Part shown: in pieces, positions 50,301 to 59,376 of the stretch
How positions within the stretch are numbered: position 1 is the stretch's first letter
Layout of the letters: the number at the start of each line of letters is the position of its first letter
From: Sedimentisphaerales bacterium
GTDB lineage: Bacteria; Planctomycetota; Phycisphaerae; Sedimentisphaerales; Anaerobacaceae
DNA length: 64,000 nucleotides
Assembly (NCBI GenBank): GCA_963708075.1
Contig: OY970194.1
Span: 7,296,001-7,360,000 of the forward strand
Reading direction: 5' to 3'
The notes under the pieces: generated by a model
The model's database searches: none
What the model was told of the DNA's origin: nothing
The model's input: only the letters and a program-made list of their open reading frames with translations
Made by a program: the position numbers and the translations under genes

Positions 50301-51539
50301 ATTGTACAGCTCGACCCAATCCACGGCCGGAGCCGCGTCGCTGTTGGCCAGAAGCTCGTTGATCACCAGGCGGGCGCGGGGATCGCCACCGGTGCTTGCC
50401 GGCTGTACGATGGCCCGCAGGACCGGAGCGGCGACGAAGTCCGAGCTGCCGGACAGAGACTGATTGTGGACCTGGATTGCCAGGATATTCACGCCGGCCA
50501 CGAGAAGATTCTTACGGCTGGTCAAGTCGACGTTGAATGCCTCCGGGTCGCCCGCGGTGTTTGCCGCCGCGCTGAACACGGGCGGGCTGCCGGTCAGGCC
50601 CCCGGAGTCGCCCACGCGCGTGCCATTGAGATACAGCACGAAGGCGTCGTCATAATGGACCTCGGCCATGATCTGGGAGAACGAGGCGATCTGCACGCTG
50701 GTGAGCGTGAACGGCAGGCGGACGTATACAGAGACATATTTGCCGTTCATGTCGTTCAGTTGTGTCTTGATGTATTGCAGCTCATTGTTCTGATTGCTGT
50801 AGCCGTAGCCGCTGGGGCCGTCAAGCCATTCCGTTTTGGTGGGATCATCCACGAAGTCCCGCTGCGTCCATCCGATTGTAGCCGGCACGCCGGAGCCCGG
50901 TGCAGGCTCCTTGACGCCCTTGAAGTACCGGCCGGGCGAGCCAATGTCGATGAGCGTCACCTGCGTGGGGTTCTCCGGCTGGGCCTGGACCGGGTCCGCT
51001 TTGCCGGGCGACCCGTCGATGGTTGTGCTGGTGGACCAGGAGGAGGCCTCCTCGGGGGCGCCGCTGAGCTTGGTGAAAATGAGCGAATGTCCCGTGCCGT
51101 CGGGCGAAGTCGGCCAGGGGGCGGTGTCGTTGTAGCGCAGCGTCAAGACGATGCCGCCGCTGGCGTTGGACAGATCGATCCGCTCGCCATCGTTATTGAG
51201 CCGGCCGGTGAAGGGGCCGACCACATTGGTGATTCCATAAGTTGCCTTGATGGCGTTCGGGTCGTAGGCGATCACGAGGTACTGCCTGGGCCCGAGCAGC
51301 GTGTCCGGCTCGAATGTGTACTCGATGCCGTTCGTAAACGCCCATTTGCCAAGCTCTTCCGACACGGGCCTTTCGTTGTACATCTCGATGAACTCAAGCG
51401 TCTCGTCCTGGGTGAGCGGGTCCTCCGCCGGGTGATACATGATCTCGCTGATCACCAGTGCCAGGCTCGGCCGGGCCGACCATAGCACCAGCGCGCAGAC
51501 CACTACCCACAGACAATACCAACGACGTTGGTCTCTCAT
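47393..51539 (-). CDS. Secreted lamin-tail-domain (x3) / CotH-kinase family protein; apparent +1 frameshift at ~48020
   Basis: Signal peptide and three (L/I)VI(S/N)E..E(F/Y/W)(I/V)E(L/M)YN LTDs. CotH motifs IRMRGS, VRLVING and GDWDSY..NN.FYY...W.LMPWDIDFAFG. The frames join as LIPE|TYRWHF. Confidence 0.88.
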
Positions 51540-51558
51540 AGATCCTCGATCCTTTCTC

Positions 51559-51762
51559 CGCTCGTAGTGACGCCGTTAGGCATTTGTCGCGACGCCGTGC
51601 GGGCGGGTTTGAAACCCGCCCCTACAATTCCGGGCGCACTACAAACACACCGGCTTGGCCCTATCCTGCCATTCTTCCTAACCCTCGTCCAGTCCTACAC
51701 TTGCGCAATTGCGAGTCTCCCCCGTTCGTCGCCGCCGCTCGTAGTGACGCCGGAAGGCGTTT
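51559..51762. repeat. Cluster of GTAG-type REP-like palindromes
   Basis: CGCTCGTAGTGACGCCG(n)3GGC(g/a)TTT at 51559 and 51736. GGGCGGGTTT-G-AAACCCGCCC-CTAC at 51601-51625 carries its GTAG on the minus strand. Confidence 0.75.
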
Positions 51763-52262
51763 CTTTTGATGCCCTTACAAACGCGCGACCCGCCTGACCC
51801 AAACATCAGACGCTCGCTACTCCCATATTGTACCACATTTCCCCGATTTTTCGCGCAAATTCCAACCCCTTTCTATCGCCACAAAGCCGAGATGCAATAT
51901 GTTCCCCATCCACAAACAGGCGTAACAGGCCGTTCAATATGTGGCGGAGTCCACGGCAGGGGGGTTATTGGTTATCGGCTGTCGGTTGGGGGCTGTGAGC
52001 GTCGCCGTTGAGATGCGGTTCCGGAGATGTGATGCGGGTTTCCTCGACAGTCTGGCGTGTGGATTCTGTGTCCGCTCCAGGCGTGGCAGAAGGCGGTGCG
52101 TGCGGGCCTCTGAGGACTTTGCGGCGAGTGACTCTGATACGAGGGTAGAGGACCCAGTCTACATGCTCCCGGCTGTCGCCGAAGCCACATGAAGTCGTGT
52201 GCGTCTGGGCCTTTGGATTGATTGAGGGATGATCCACTGCTGAATCCGTGTCTATGGGTTAG

Positions 52263-52289
52263 TGGATTCCCGCCGTCGCGGGAATGACA
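52263..52289. repeat. ATTCCC-N8-GGGAAT palindrome (dRS3/CGTC-REP-like)
   Basis: TGGATTCCCGCCGTCGCGGGAATGACA, just downstream of the 52314-52847 gene. Single copy in this window. Confidence 0.55.
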
Positions 52290-52313
52290 TGGCACAGTCC
52301 AGATGACGGACCC

Positions 52314-52847
52314 CTATGGGATTTCGATGCCTTCGAAGCACAGGCGGCATTCGATCTTCTCGGTGCGACGGGCGATGTCGCAGGGGATCGGTTGTTCCAC
52401 GATGCCCTGGAAGATACAGGACTCGCTTGGATTGAGCCTCTGGGTGGCAGTTCGGACGTAATGCACCGGGAAGCCGTCGGCGTCGAGAAGGGCGAAGCTG
52501 AACTGTACATTATAGGACGAGAACAGGTGCAGCGGCGCCTCGGGCGGAGTGGCCGGAGCGGCAAGGTCTATGGCATAGCCGAGCCGCACAACCTGGTCAT
52601 CATCGCTGGCCGAAGGGAGGAACCTCGCCAGGCCTGACAAGCGGCAATTCCCTTCGCTTACAAAGCCAGGCTCGCGGGCGACATAGGTGTGGGACGTCCC
52701 CATAAATACTTCCATGCCTTTTTCGAAAATCATCGGCAGCCAACTGCGGGTCTCCTCGCCGGTGGCGCTGCGCGGCACCAGGTAGCCAAAACTCGCACCC
52801 ACAACCAAAGCCACAACGACCATGAGCACAGAATTCGACCAACGCAT
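52314..52847 (-). CDS. Hypothetical secreted or membrane-anchored protein
   Basis: AAGGA RBS and a hydrophobic N-terminus (MRWSNSVLMVVVALVVGASFG). No recognised domain. Confidence 0.55.
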   Translation of the reverse strand: MRWSNSVLMVVVALVVGASFGYLVPRSATGEETRSWLPMIFEKGMEVFMGTSHTYVAREPGFVSEGNCRLSGLARFLPSASDDDQVVRLGYAIDLAAPATPPEAPLHLFSSYNVQFSFALLDADGFPVHYVRTATQRLNPSESCIFQGIVEQPIPCDIARRTEKIECRLCFEGIEIP

Positions 52848-53193
52848 GTTTCCATCCTTTAAACCACGTGTTCTGCTGCGAGTTTCGACCCCCAGCGTGT
52901 CGTTCGATCTACCCCCGGCTGATGCCGATACTGAGCCTGCACTATCCTTCCATGCACGCCCACGTACAATCTTCGGCATTTACACGGCGAGACTTCAGCG
53001 GTTGTGGCGGAGATGAGCACGCAAGTGCCCGAATGGTGTGACTTTTTTGCTAATTCTCTGGTTGACGCGAGCGTGACGCAGTAGAATGTCAGTGGTGTTA
53101 AGGAGTACGCTTTCCTCCCTCGGAGTCTACCCCTTACTAACGAACAGCAGAGGGAACGTGTGTTACAGGCCTGCGAGGGCCGAGGAGAGAATT

Positions 53194-53397
53194 GTGGCAA
53201 GAGGTACAGTGAAGTGGTTCAGTGAGCAGAAGGGGTTCGGATTCATCGTCCCCGATGATGGCGGCGAGGACCTGTTCGTCCATCATTCGAACATCAACGG
53301 AGCGGGATTCAAGACGCTGAAGGAAGGGCAGGCGGTGGAGTACGAGGCGGCCCAGGGCAAGAAGGGCCCGGAGGCCAAGGCTGTCACGCCCTGCTGA
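53194..53397 (+). CDS. cspA: Cold-shock domain protein
   Basis: GAGGAG RBS and GTG start. GTVKWF..KGFGFI (RNP1), DLFVHHS (RNP2) and GFKTLKEGQ. Confidence 0.95.
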   Translation: MARGTVKWFSEQKGFGFIVPDDGGEDLFVHHSNINGAGFKTLKEGQAVEYEAAQGKKGPEAKAVTPC

Positions 53398-53423
53398 GGA
53401 ACCTGCCGAGAGCGGAATCCATG

Positions 53424-53451
53424 GCCCCGCCTCATCGCGGGGCTTTTTTTT
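53424..53451 (+). terminator. Intrinsic terminator of csp
   Basis: GCCCCGC-CTCATC-GCGGGGC followed by T8. Confidence 0.85.
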
Positions 53452-53452
53452 C

Positions 53453-53480
53453 TTGACATCCAAGGCAGGGACACTACAAT
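53453..53480 (+). promoter_or_regulatory. Putative sigma70 promoter for the 53609 gene
   Basis: TTGACA-N16-TACAAT directly after the csp terminator. Confidence 0.6.
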
Positions 53481-53608
53481 CGGCAGCCTGAGAAGGGGTA
53501 GGAGTGGGTGCGGCCGGACGTTCGGCGGCATGGATCGCCGCTGCCGGTGACGCATGCTCTTGCTCCCACAGGGTGAATTCATTTCAATCACATTGGAGGA
53601 GGTTGAAA

Positions 53609-54220
53609 ATGAATGCTTCGATTTTCTTTCTCGCGTGGCTCATGTCATTGGGGACCCCTGCGCCCGGCGATACGGGCGGGATGGCAGTGGCGGCCCCGCC
53701 GGCCGCAGCCAGAATCAAGCTGGATATCAGCGCCCGTGAAGAGCTCAAGAACGCGATCCGCCAGCACCTCACGATGGAACTCCAGGCGCAGCAACCGGTG
53801 CAGTTTGTGGAGAGCGACCCCGACTGGACACTGGGTGTTGTGACGACGGAGTTGACGGACGCAAACGGAGCAACGGTGGCCGTGGGGCTGTCGTTCATCG
53901 TCGAGCAGCACGGTATCCACGCGACGATGTTGAAGGCGCTGGCCCAGGCGTGCCGGTATTTCCTCGCCACAGGCTTGCTGAAGGACGCGCCGCTGGAACG
54001 CGACATGCAACTGCTGTTGCGAGGGGCGGAGGTGTTGCCTGAGCCGGAGGGTCTGGCGGTGGTCTCGCAGCACAAGATGTGTGTGATCACCCCGGACCGG
54101 GTGCCGCAGGCGTGCTCTGACATGGTCGCCGCGTTCAGCGCAGAGTGTCTCGGAACCGCCGGTACTCCGAATTCCAGCGCCGACACGAAACCGCCGGCTA
54201 TACTGGTTGAGAACAAATAG
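53609..54220 (+). CDS. Hypothetical protein, probably secreted
   Basis: GGAGGAGG RBS, a short hydrophobic N-terminus and its own promoter candidate. Confidence 0.65.
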   Translation: MNASIFFLAWLMSLGTPAPGDTGGMAVAAPPAAARIKLDISAREELKNAIRQHLTMELQAQQPVQFVESDPDWTLGVVTTELTDANGATVAVGLSFIVEQHGIHATMLKALAQACRYFLATGLLKDAPLERDMQLLLRGAEVLPEPEGLAVVSQHKMCVITPDRVPQACSDMVAAFSAECLGTAGTPNSSADTKPPAILVENK

Positions 54221-54242
54221 TCGCTCACGGTCCTGAGTGTCA

Positions 54243-55865
54243 TTATGCGCTCCGCTGCACGGGCAGGGTGACGTGGAACGTGACACCTTCGCCGGGGCGG
54301 TTCTCCACGCGGATGGTTCCGCCGGCTTGCCTGACAACGCGATCGACAATGCATAGTCCCAGGCCTGTGCCCTCGCCGGGCGGTTTGGTCGTGAAGAAAG
54401 GCTCGAAGATTCTGTCCACCTGCTCGGGGAGGATGCCGCCGCAGGTGTCTTCGAACCGGAGCATGACCTTGTCATCCGCCTTGCGGCCGCTGACGATCAG
54501 CTTACGCTGCTTCTTGCCATCGGCCGCATGGATGGCGTTCTCGATCAGCGCAAAGCACATCTGCTCCATGTCTTTTTCATTGGCGTAGACAGGAGGCAGC
54601 ATACTTATGCTCCGCGTGGACAGCGACATGTGTCGCTCCTTCGCCTTTCCTTCCAGCAGTCTCACCGTACGCGCCACGACATCCTGCAACGATACGTCGC
54701 GAGGCGCCTCCCGCGGGGACTGTCTGCTGAAATCCCGGAACCGGGCGACGCGATTGGAGGCATCGGAGATCCCCTCCAGGCATTCACGAAGCGCTTCCAG
54801 GATCTTGTGGGAGTCCCCGGCGGCTTCCATCTCCGCCATGGCCTCCTGCAGAGAGAGGCAACTGACCGTCAAGGGCTGGGTCAGCTCATGCGCGATCGTG
54901 GCGCTGAGGGTGCCCAGCGAGGCGAGATGTTCGGCCCGGCACATCTTCTCGCGGTACTGATCGAGTTCCTGGCGAGCCTGCTGGAGTTCGTGGACGTCTC
55001 TGCCCACGATGAGAGCGGCCGTGGCCTGGCCGGCGGCGTCCCGGATCGGCTCGATGGTCGTGTTATACCACCGCTGTTGTCCGCCCAACTCCGTCAACGT
55101 GACAAAGTTCAACCCTTTTCCCGTGTCGATCACCTTTCGCACGCTGCCGGCCTGTCGGTCCGCGATCGCCCGGGGAAAGAGTTCCCACATCGTTTTCCCC
55201 GTATAATCCTCCTGCGTGCCGCCCAGACGTGCGGCAGCCGTCTTATTCAGGAACAGGAATGTGCCGCTCCGGTCCACCATCGCGATGGTCTCCCCCGCGC
55301 TCTCCACGAGCGTTCTGTACTTCTCCTCGCTTTCCCGCAGGGCCCGCTCGACGGCTTTCTTGTCTGTGACATCCCGGCAGATGCTTCCGATTCGGAACCC
55401 TTTCCTGGTGCGGACCGGGTAAATAACGATCTGCAAATACCGGCGGGCTCCGTCTCGCCGAATGAACTCGTGCTCGTGCAACCTCTGGGATGACGTGATC
55501 TCTCCGGTCCGGCAGACCTCGGTTACCCACTGTCTTAACGTCTCGTGGCTCCGCCCGTCGGGCGTCAGTTCTCGGACGACGTCCCAGAGGGGCCGGCCGA
55601 GAACTTCGGCGCGGGGCCTGCCCGTGATCTCCTCCTGCGCCCGGTTCCATTCGATGACATTTCCCACCTCGTCAGTCAGGACGATTCCTTCAGAGGACTG
55701 CTCCATGATGCTCTGAAAGCGGCTCTCCGTCTCTCGCAGGCGGTCCTCTATCCGCTTACGCTCACTGATCTCGGGATCGGAGGGTGAACCGACCCCGTCA
55801 ACAGCATCCTTTGAAATGTCAGATCCTCCGGCTCTCCCTGCCTTGCGATTGTCCGGGTTGCCCAT
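54243..55865 (-). CDS. Cytoplasmic PAS-PAS sensor histidine kinase (NtrB-like)
   Basis: Two PAS/PAC domains (..RDVT, ..GRDV), H-box TIAHELTQPL, ENAIHA, DTCGGI and FEPFFTTKPPGEGTGLGL. Confidence 0.92.
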   Translation of the reverse strand: MGNPDNRKAGRAGGSDISKDAVDGVGSPSDPEISERKRIEDRLRETESRFQSIMEQSSEGIVLTDEVGNVIEWNRAQEEITGRPRAEVLGRPLWDVVRELTPDGRSHETLRQWVTEVCRTGEITSSQRLHEHEFIRRDGARRYLQIVIYPVRTRKGFRIGSICRDVTDKKAVERALRESEEKYRTLVESAGETIAMVDRSGTFLFLNKTAAARLGGTQEDYTGKTMWELFPRAIADRQAGSVRKVIDTGKGLNFVTLTELGGQQRWYNTTIEPIRDAAGQATAALIVGRDVHELQQARQELDQYREKMCRAEHLASLGTLSATIAHELTQPLTVSCLSLQEAMAEMEAAGDSHKILEALRECLEGISDASNRVARFRDFSRQSPREAPRDVSLQDVVARTVRLLEGKAKERHMSLSTRSISMLPPVYANEKDMEQMCFALIENAIHAADGKKQRKLIVSGRKADDKVMLRFEDTCGGILPEQVDRIFEPFFTTKPPGEGTGLGLCIVDRVVRQAGGTIRVENRPGEGVTFHVTLPVQRSA

Positions 55866-56194
55866 GGTTCACGTCTCTCCACCTGCTCACAGGCTGCATA
55901 AACGACTCCTTTCAACCCAGTATCCAAAAGGTGTTGATCACAAAGAAGACCTTATTGTACACGGCGAGGGGTCGAATAGAAACCAAAAATCAAGACAAGT
56001 TCCGGAGAAGATGTGGTCGGCATTCGGTGGCGGATTCCGGCACCAACGCGGGTAAGCATCTTCATCCGCTCCCCTCAGGGAATCAGAGGACGCTGCGGCA
56101 CTCTTTCGACACGTTGCCTTCTGAGTGTCGCCGGGGGAGCTTCGCGAGACGCCGGGGCGAGTGGGGGACGGCTTCGCCAGCGCGCGAGTTCGCC

Positions 56195-57600
56195 TTACTT
56201 GCGCGATATTGTCTGAGCTTTGAGTTCTTCGAGCATTTTGATGGCGGCATGGACGAGCATCTCGCCGGAGCCTTCGGCACACCGGGCGCTGACGACTTCG
56301 TAATTGCCCTCAGGATAGGCGGAGCGGTTGGGGATGTAGCCAATGGAGCCGTTGGCGAGCTCGGCGATGTGGGTCTGGGCGAACGGGGAGGCGGCCTTGA
56401 TGCTCAGGCCCAGCTCGACGAAGACTTCGCCCGGCAGGGACACCCAGGCCAGCGAATCGCCCATCGTGATGACCTGCACCTCGACCTCCAGCGGCTTGCC
56501 CTCGCGTTTTTGGACGTCGAGCACCTTGTAGGCCTTGACCTGCTCCATGAACCTGGCTTTGTCCTTCTTCTCGAGTGTCGCCTTAGCCTCCTGCACGTCC
56601 TCCTGCGAGAATGGAGCCAGGGGCAGTTGAAGCACTTCACTGCGGACTCGCAGGGTCGTGTCAGCGACAGGCTTGAGGTCCATGTAGGCCTTGAGGACCG
56701 AGGCCGCCAGGATCGTGCCCAGTCGGTTCGCCTCCGCCGGGCTCGTTTGCGCCCCGGCCCAGTTGACGTTGACGTGGTTGAGATTACCGCAAGCGCCGTT
56801 GGCAAAGATCGTCATCATGTCCGGTCCCTTGCAGTCCGCCAGTCGCCGGGCCAGCGCGCCGGGATAATCCGCAGAGATTCCGGTGCCGCCTGTGGTGTCC
56901 GCGTGCAAGGCGAAATTCACGTACGTCAGCACGGGCTTCTTGTCGGGGGTTTCGAAGTACACCACGCCGACTTCCGGGTCGATGGGACTGACCGGCCGTA
57001 TGATATTGGGATTCAGTTTGCCCGGATTCCATCCGACGGTCCCATCCTTCATCCAGAACCGCCGGCAGAAGGACAGCCGGTCCTCGGATTCCCGGCGCAG
57101 GAGACCTTCACCGCGGCCAGCTTGCCATTCGCCTCGGCCACGGCTTGCGCGATCCGCCCGGGCAATTCCAACGTGTAGTGCCTGGCGGGATCGCTGCTGC
57201 CCTTGTCGAGGTCGTCCCGCACGGAGTCCCTCGTCAGGGCCGGGCCGGTATGTGTGTGCGTGGCCGATATCATGACGTGGCCGCCCGGGATGCCCGTCTG
57301 CTGCTCGATCAACTGCCGGGCATCGAGCACCGTCGTGCGGGGCAGGGTGATCAGGTCGCACACGACCAGCGCCACCTTCGTGCCGCCGTCGTCGAGGACC
57401 GCGGCTTTCGCGTAGAGGTCATCGAGCGCATCCTGGCTGCCTCTGGCGTAGTAGTACCCAGCCATAGGTGTCCCCGCCGGCGGGCTGATGTTCAGGGCTG
57501 CCGTTCCAACACGCAGCTCCGCCTGCGCGGGATCGCAGTGGAGCAGACAGGCTGCCGTGGCAGTAATCAAGGTGATGGTTGCGGATCTCGTATAGTTCAT
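56195..57600 (-). CDS. Neutral/alkaline ceramidase-like secreted hydrolase; apparent frameshift at ~57090
   Basis: Signal peptide, ISPPAGTPMAGY, DDLYAKA, ISATHTHTGP | LSFCRR, IDPEVGV, NFALHADT, SADYPG, GACGNLN, PGEVF and ANGSIGYIP. Confidence 0.82.
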
Positions 57601-57808
57601 ACGACATTGTTCCTTCAATGCCTGTTAGGCTGCTTTCCAGGAGTCTCGCATCATTGGGTGGCGGCGTCAAGGCCGCAGGCCTTGGCGATGGTCCCACTGC
57701 ATTCCAGGACAGCCATCGCCAAGCTGCGCTTGACGCTGCCACCCGGATTGCAGTTTCGTGCCACGAAGGACTCGATCGTGGTCGGCATCAAACGGAGGCG
57801 GCTCTCAC

Positions 57809-59128
57809 TCATCGGCGTGGCCGATCAAAGTAAGTCAGGGCAGCGTTCGGGTCGATCAGGCCCCAGCCATACTCTTCGTCCCATCCCGGCGTTCCCAGGT
57901 CCTTGGCGGTCTGCTGGATGGCCTGTCGCACGTTCTCCGGTCCGGCCACGCCGTGCGAGACAAGCAGCCCCGCCAGACCACTTACATGGGGCGCGGCCAT
58001 GGAAGTCCCCTGGAGAAAATAGTACGCGAAGTCGCGGGGATCAATGAAGAACGTCTGCTGGACGATGCCGTCCGGGTATCCATCGACGTTCTGATCGACG
58101 GTCATGTCGCCCCCCGGCGCCATGACGTCCAGATGCGGGCCCGTGCTGGAGTAGGGGGCCCGGCGGTTATCGTAGCGCGTGGCGCCCACCGCGATGCAGT
58201 AGCTATCGTAGGCGGCCGGATAGATTACCGGGTTGCCATTCTGGTACTCGTTGCCTGCCGAACAGACCACCGTCACCCCGTGCTGATGAGCCGCCTTCAG
58301 CGCCCTCTCCAGCGTGATCGACGAGCCGCTGCCGCCGGCGCTCAGATTGACCACCCGGGCGCCATGATCGATGGCGAAATAGACTCCCTGGGCAATCGTG
58401 AAGTGGTCACCCAGGCCGTTTACGTCGATGATCTTCACGGGCATGATGGAACAGCCGAAGGCCACGCCCGCCACACCGAGTTTGTTGTTCGTGCTCTGGG
58501 CAATCGTGCCGGCCACGTGCGTCCCGTGTCCATTGTCATCGTTCGGGTGGTCGTCGTCGTTCACAAAGTCATAGCCGGTCACGAACCGTGTCTGGGCCAG
58601 GTCCGGGGCCTGCTTGTAGTCGCCATAATCCTCGAAGGCCGCGCCGGTATCGAGCACGGCGATGGTCACGTTCGGATCGCCCGTCTCGACCGCCCAGGCC
58701 TTCTCCATTCCAATCCCGCCCGTGGCCTTGTTGTAAAGGTTCCATTGGTAGCGGAAGTAGGGGTCGTCGGGCACGAAAAACACGCGGACCTGATAGTTCA
58801 GCTCAGCGTACTGGACAAACTCGTGTTCGACAAAATCGTTGACCATGTCCTCAGGTGGAGTGTCTTCAGGAATCCTCACCAGGTGGACGTCCCCGTACTC
58901 ACAGGTGCGAATGCTGAGACAGCCGTGCTGCTCGATAGCTTCATCCCGGACGTTCTGCTCGACATCTTCGCTGAACTTGACGATGATCTCACTTTGGCTC
59001 CAGGCGGGCGGCCCAGAGATGTCGGCCGCCGTGTCCGCGCCGGCGGGCGATCCCCATAGTGGGGCAATAAGAAGGCCTCCCGCCAAACACACGGCCGCGA
59101 CGGCTCCGGACAAGATACTCGCTCGCAT
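57809..59128 (-). CDS. Secreted S8 (subtilisin-like) serine peptidase
   Basis: Catalytic triad motifs IAVLDTG, HGTHVAG and GTSMAAPHVSG. Signal peptide and prodomain. Confidence 0.95.
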   Translation of the reverse strand: MRASILSGAVAAVCLAGGLLIAPLWGSPAGADTAADISGPPAWSQSEIIVKFSEDVEQNVRDEAIEQHGCLSIRTCEYGDVHLVRIPEDTPPEDMVNDFVEHEFVQYAELNYQVRVFFVPDDPYFRYQWNLYNKATGGIGMEKAWAVETGDPNVTIAVLDTGAAFEDYGDYKQAPDLAQTRFVTGYDFVNDDDHPNDDNGHGTHVAGTIAQSTNNKLGVAGVAFGCSIMPVKIIDVNGLGDHFTIAQGVYFAIDHGARVVNLSAGGSGSSITLERALKAAHQHGVTVVCSAGNEYQNGNPVIYPAAYDSYCIAVGATRYDNRRAPYSSTGPHLDVMAPGGDMTVDQNVDGYPDGIVQQTFFIDPRDFAYYFLQGTSMAAPHVSGLAGLLVSHGVAGPENVRQAIQQTAKDLGTPGWDEEYGWGLIDPNAALTYFDRPRR

Positions 59129-59216
59129 GGCTCAACCTCCTTCATGTGCGTTCGTCACGGGCCACGGATGTCTCCTGTGACCCAGACGGCCGGCGTCACG
59201 CCTGGGCCGACGTATG

Positions 59217-59246
59217 ATTATACGGCTGCCGGCCGTCGGCGTTCAA
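59217..59246 (-). promoter_or_regulatory. Putative sigma70 promoter of the S8 gene
   Basis: Minus strand TTGAAC-N18-TATAAT. Confidence 0.5.
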
Positions 59247-59317
59247 GGGAAGACAAGCAGACCTGCGGCCTTGACGGGGCCACCTGCCGTGGCCGTCAAG
59301 ATTTTCGCCCTCGCCGG

Positions 59318-59345
59318 TGGACTGGACGCTCAGGCGGGATATAAT
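59318..59345 (+). promoter_or_regulatory. Putative sigma70 promoter of the GntP gene
   Basis: TGGACT-N16-TATAAT, about 30 nt upstream of the AGGAG RBS/ATG. Confidence 0.5.
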
Positions 59346-59376
59346 GCTGTTTTGGCTGGTTCTTAGGAGTATACAG

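Noticed and set aside
53062..53087. TTGACG/TAGAAT as the csp promoter
   Set aside because: The spacer is only 14 nt. The -10 is plausible but the pair is not supportable as written.
54243..55865. Histidine kinase as PhoR
   Set aside because: The H-box and FEPFFTTK are NtrB-like, there are no membrane segments and phoB is not adjacent.
3948..57600. Calling wzc, ligase-TPR, DegT, LTD-CotH and the ceramidase-like gene pseudogenes or programmed frameshifts
   Set aside because: Each is repaired by single-base changes, with no in-frame stops or motif decay and no slippery heptamer. The shared sequence context points to consensus errors.
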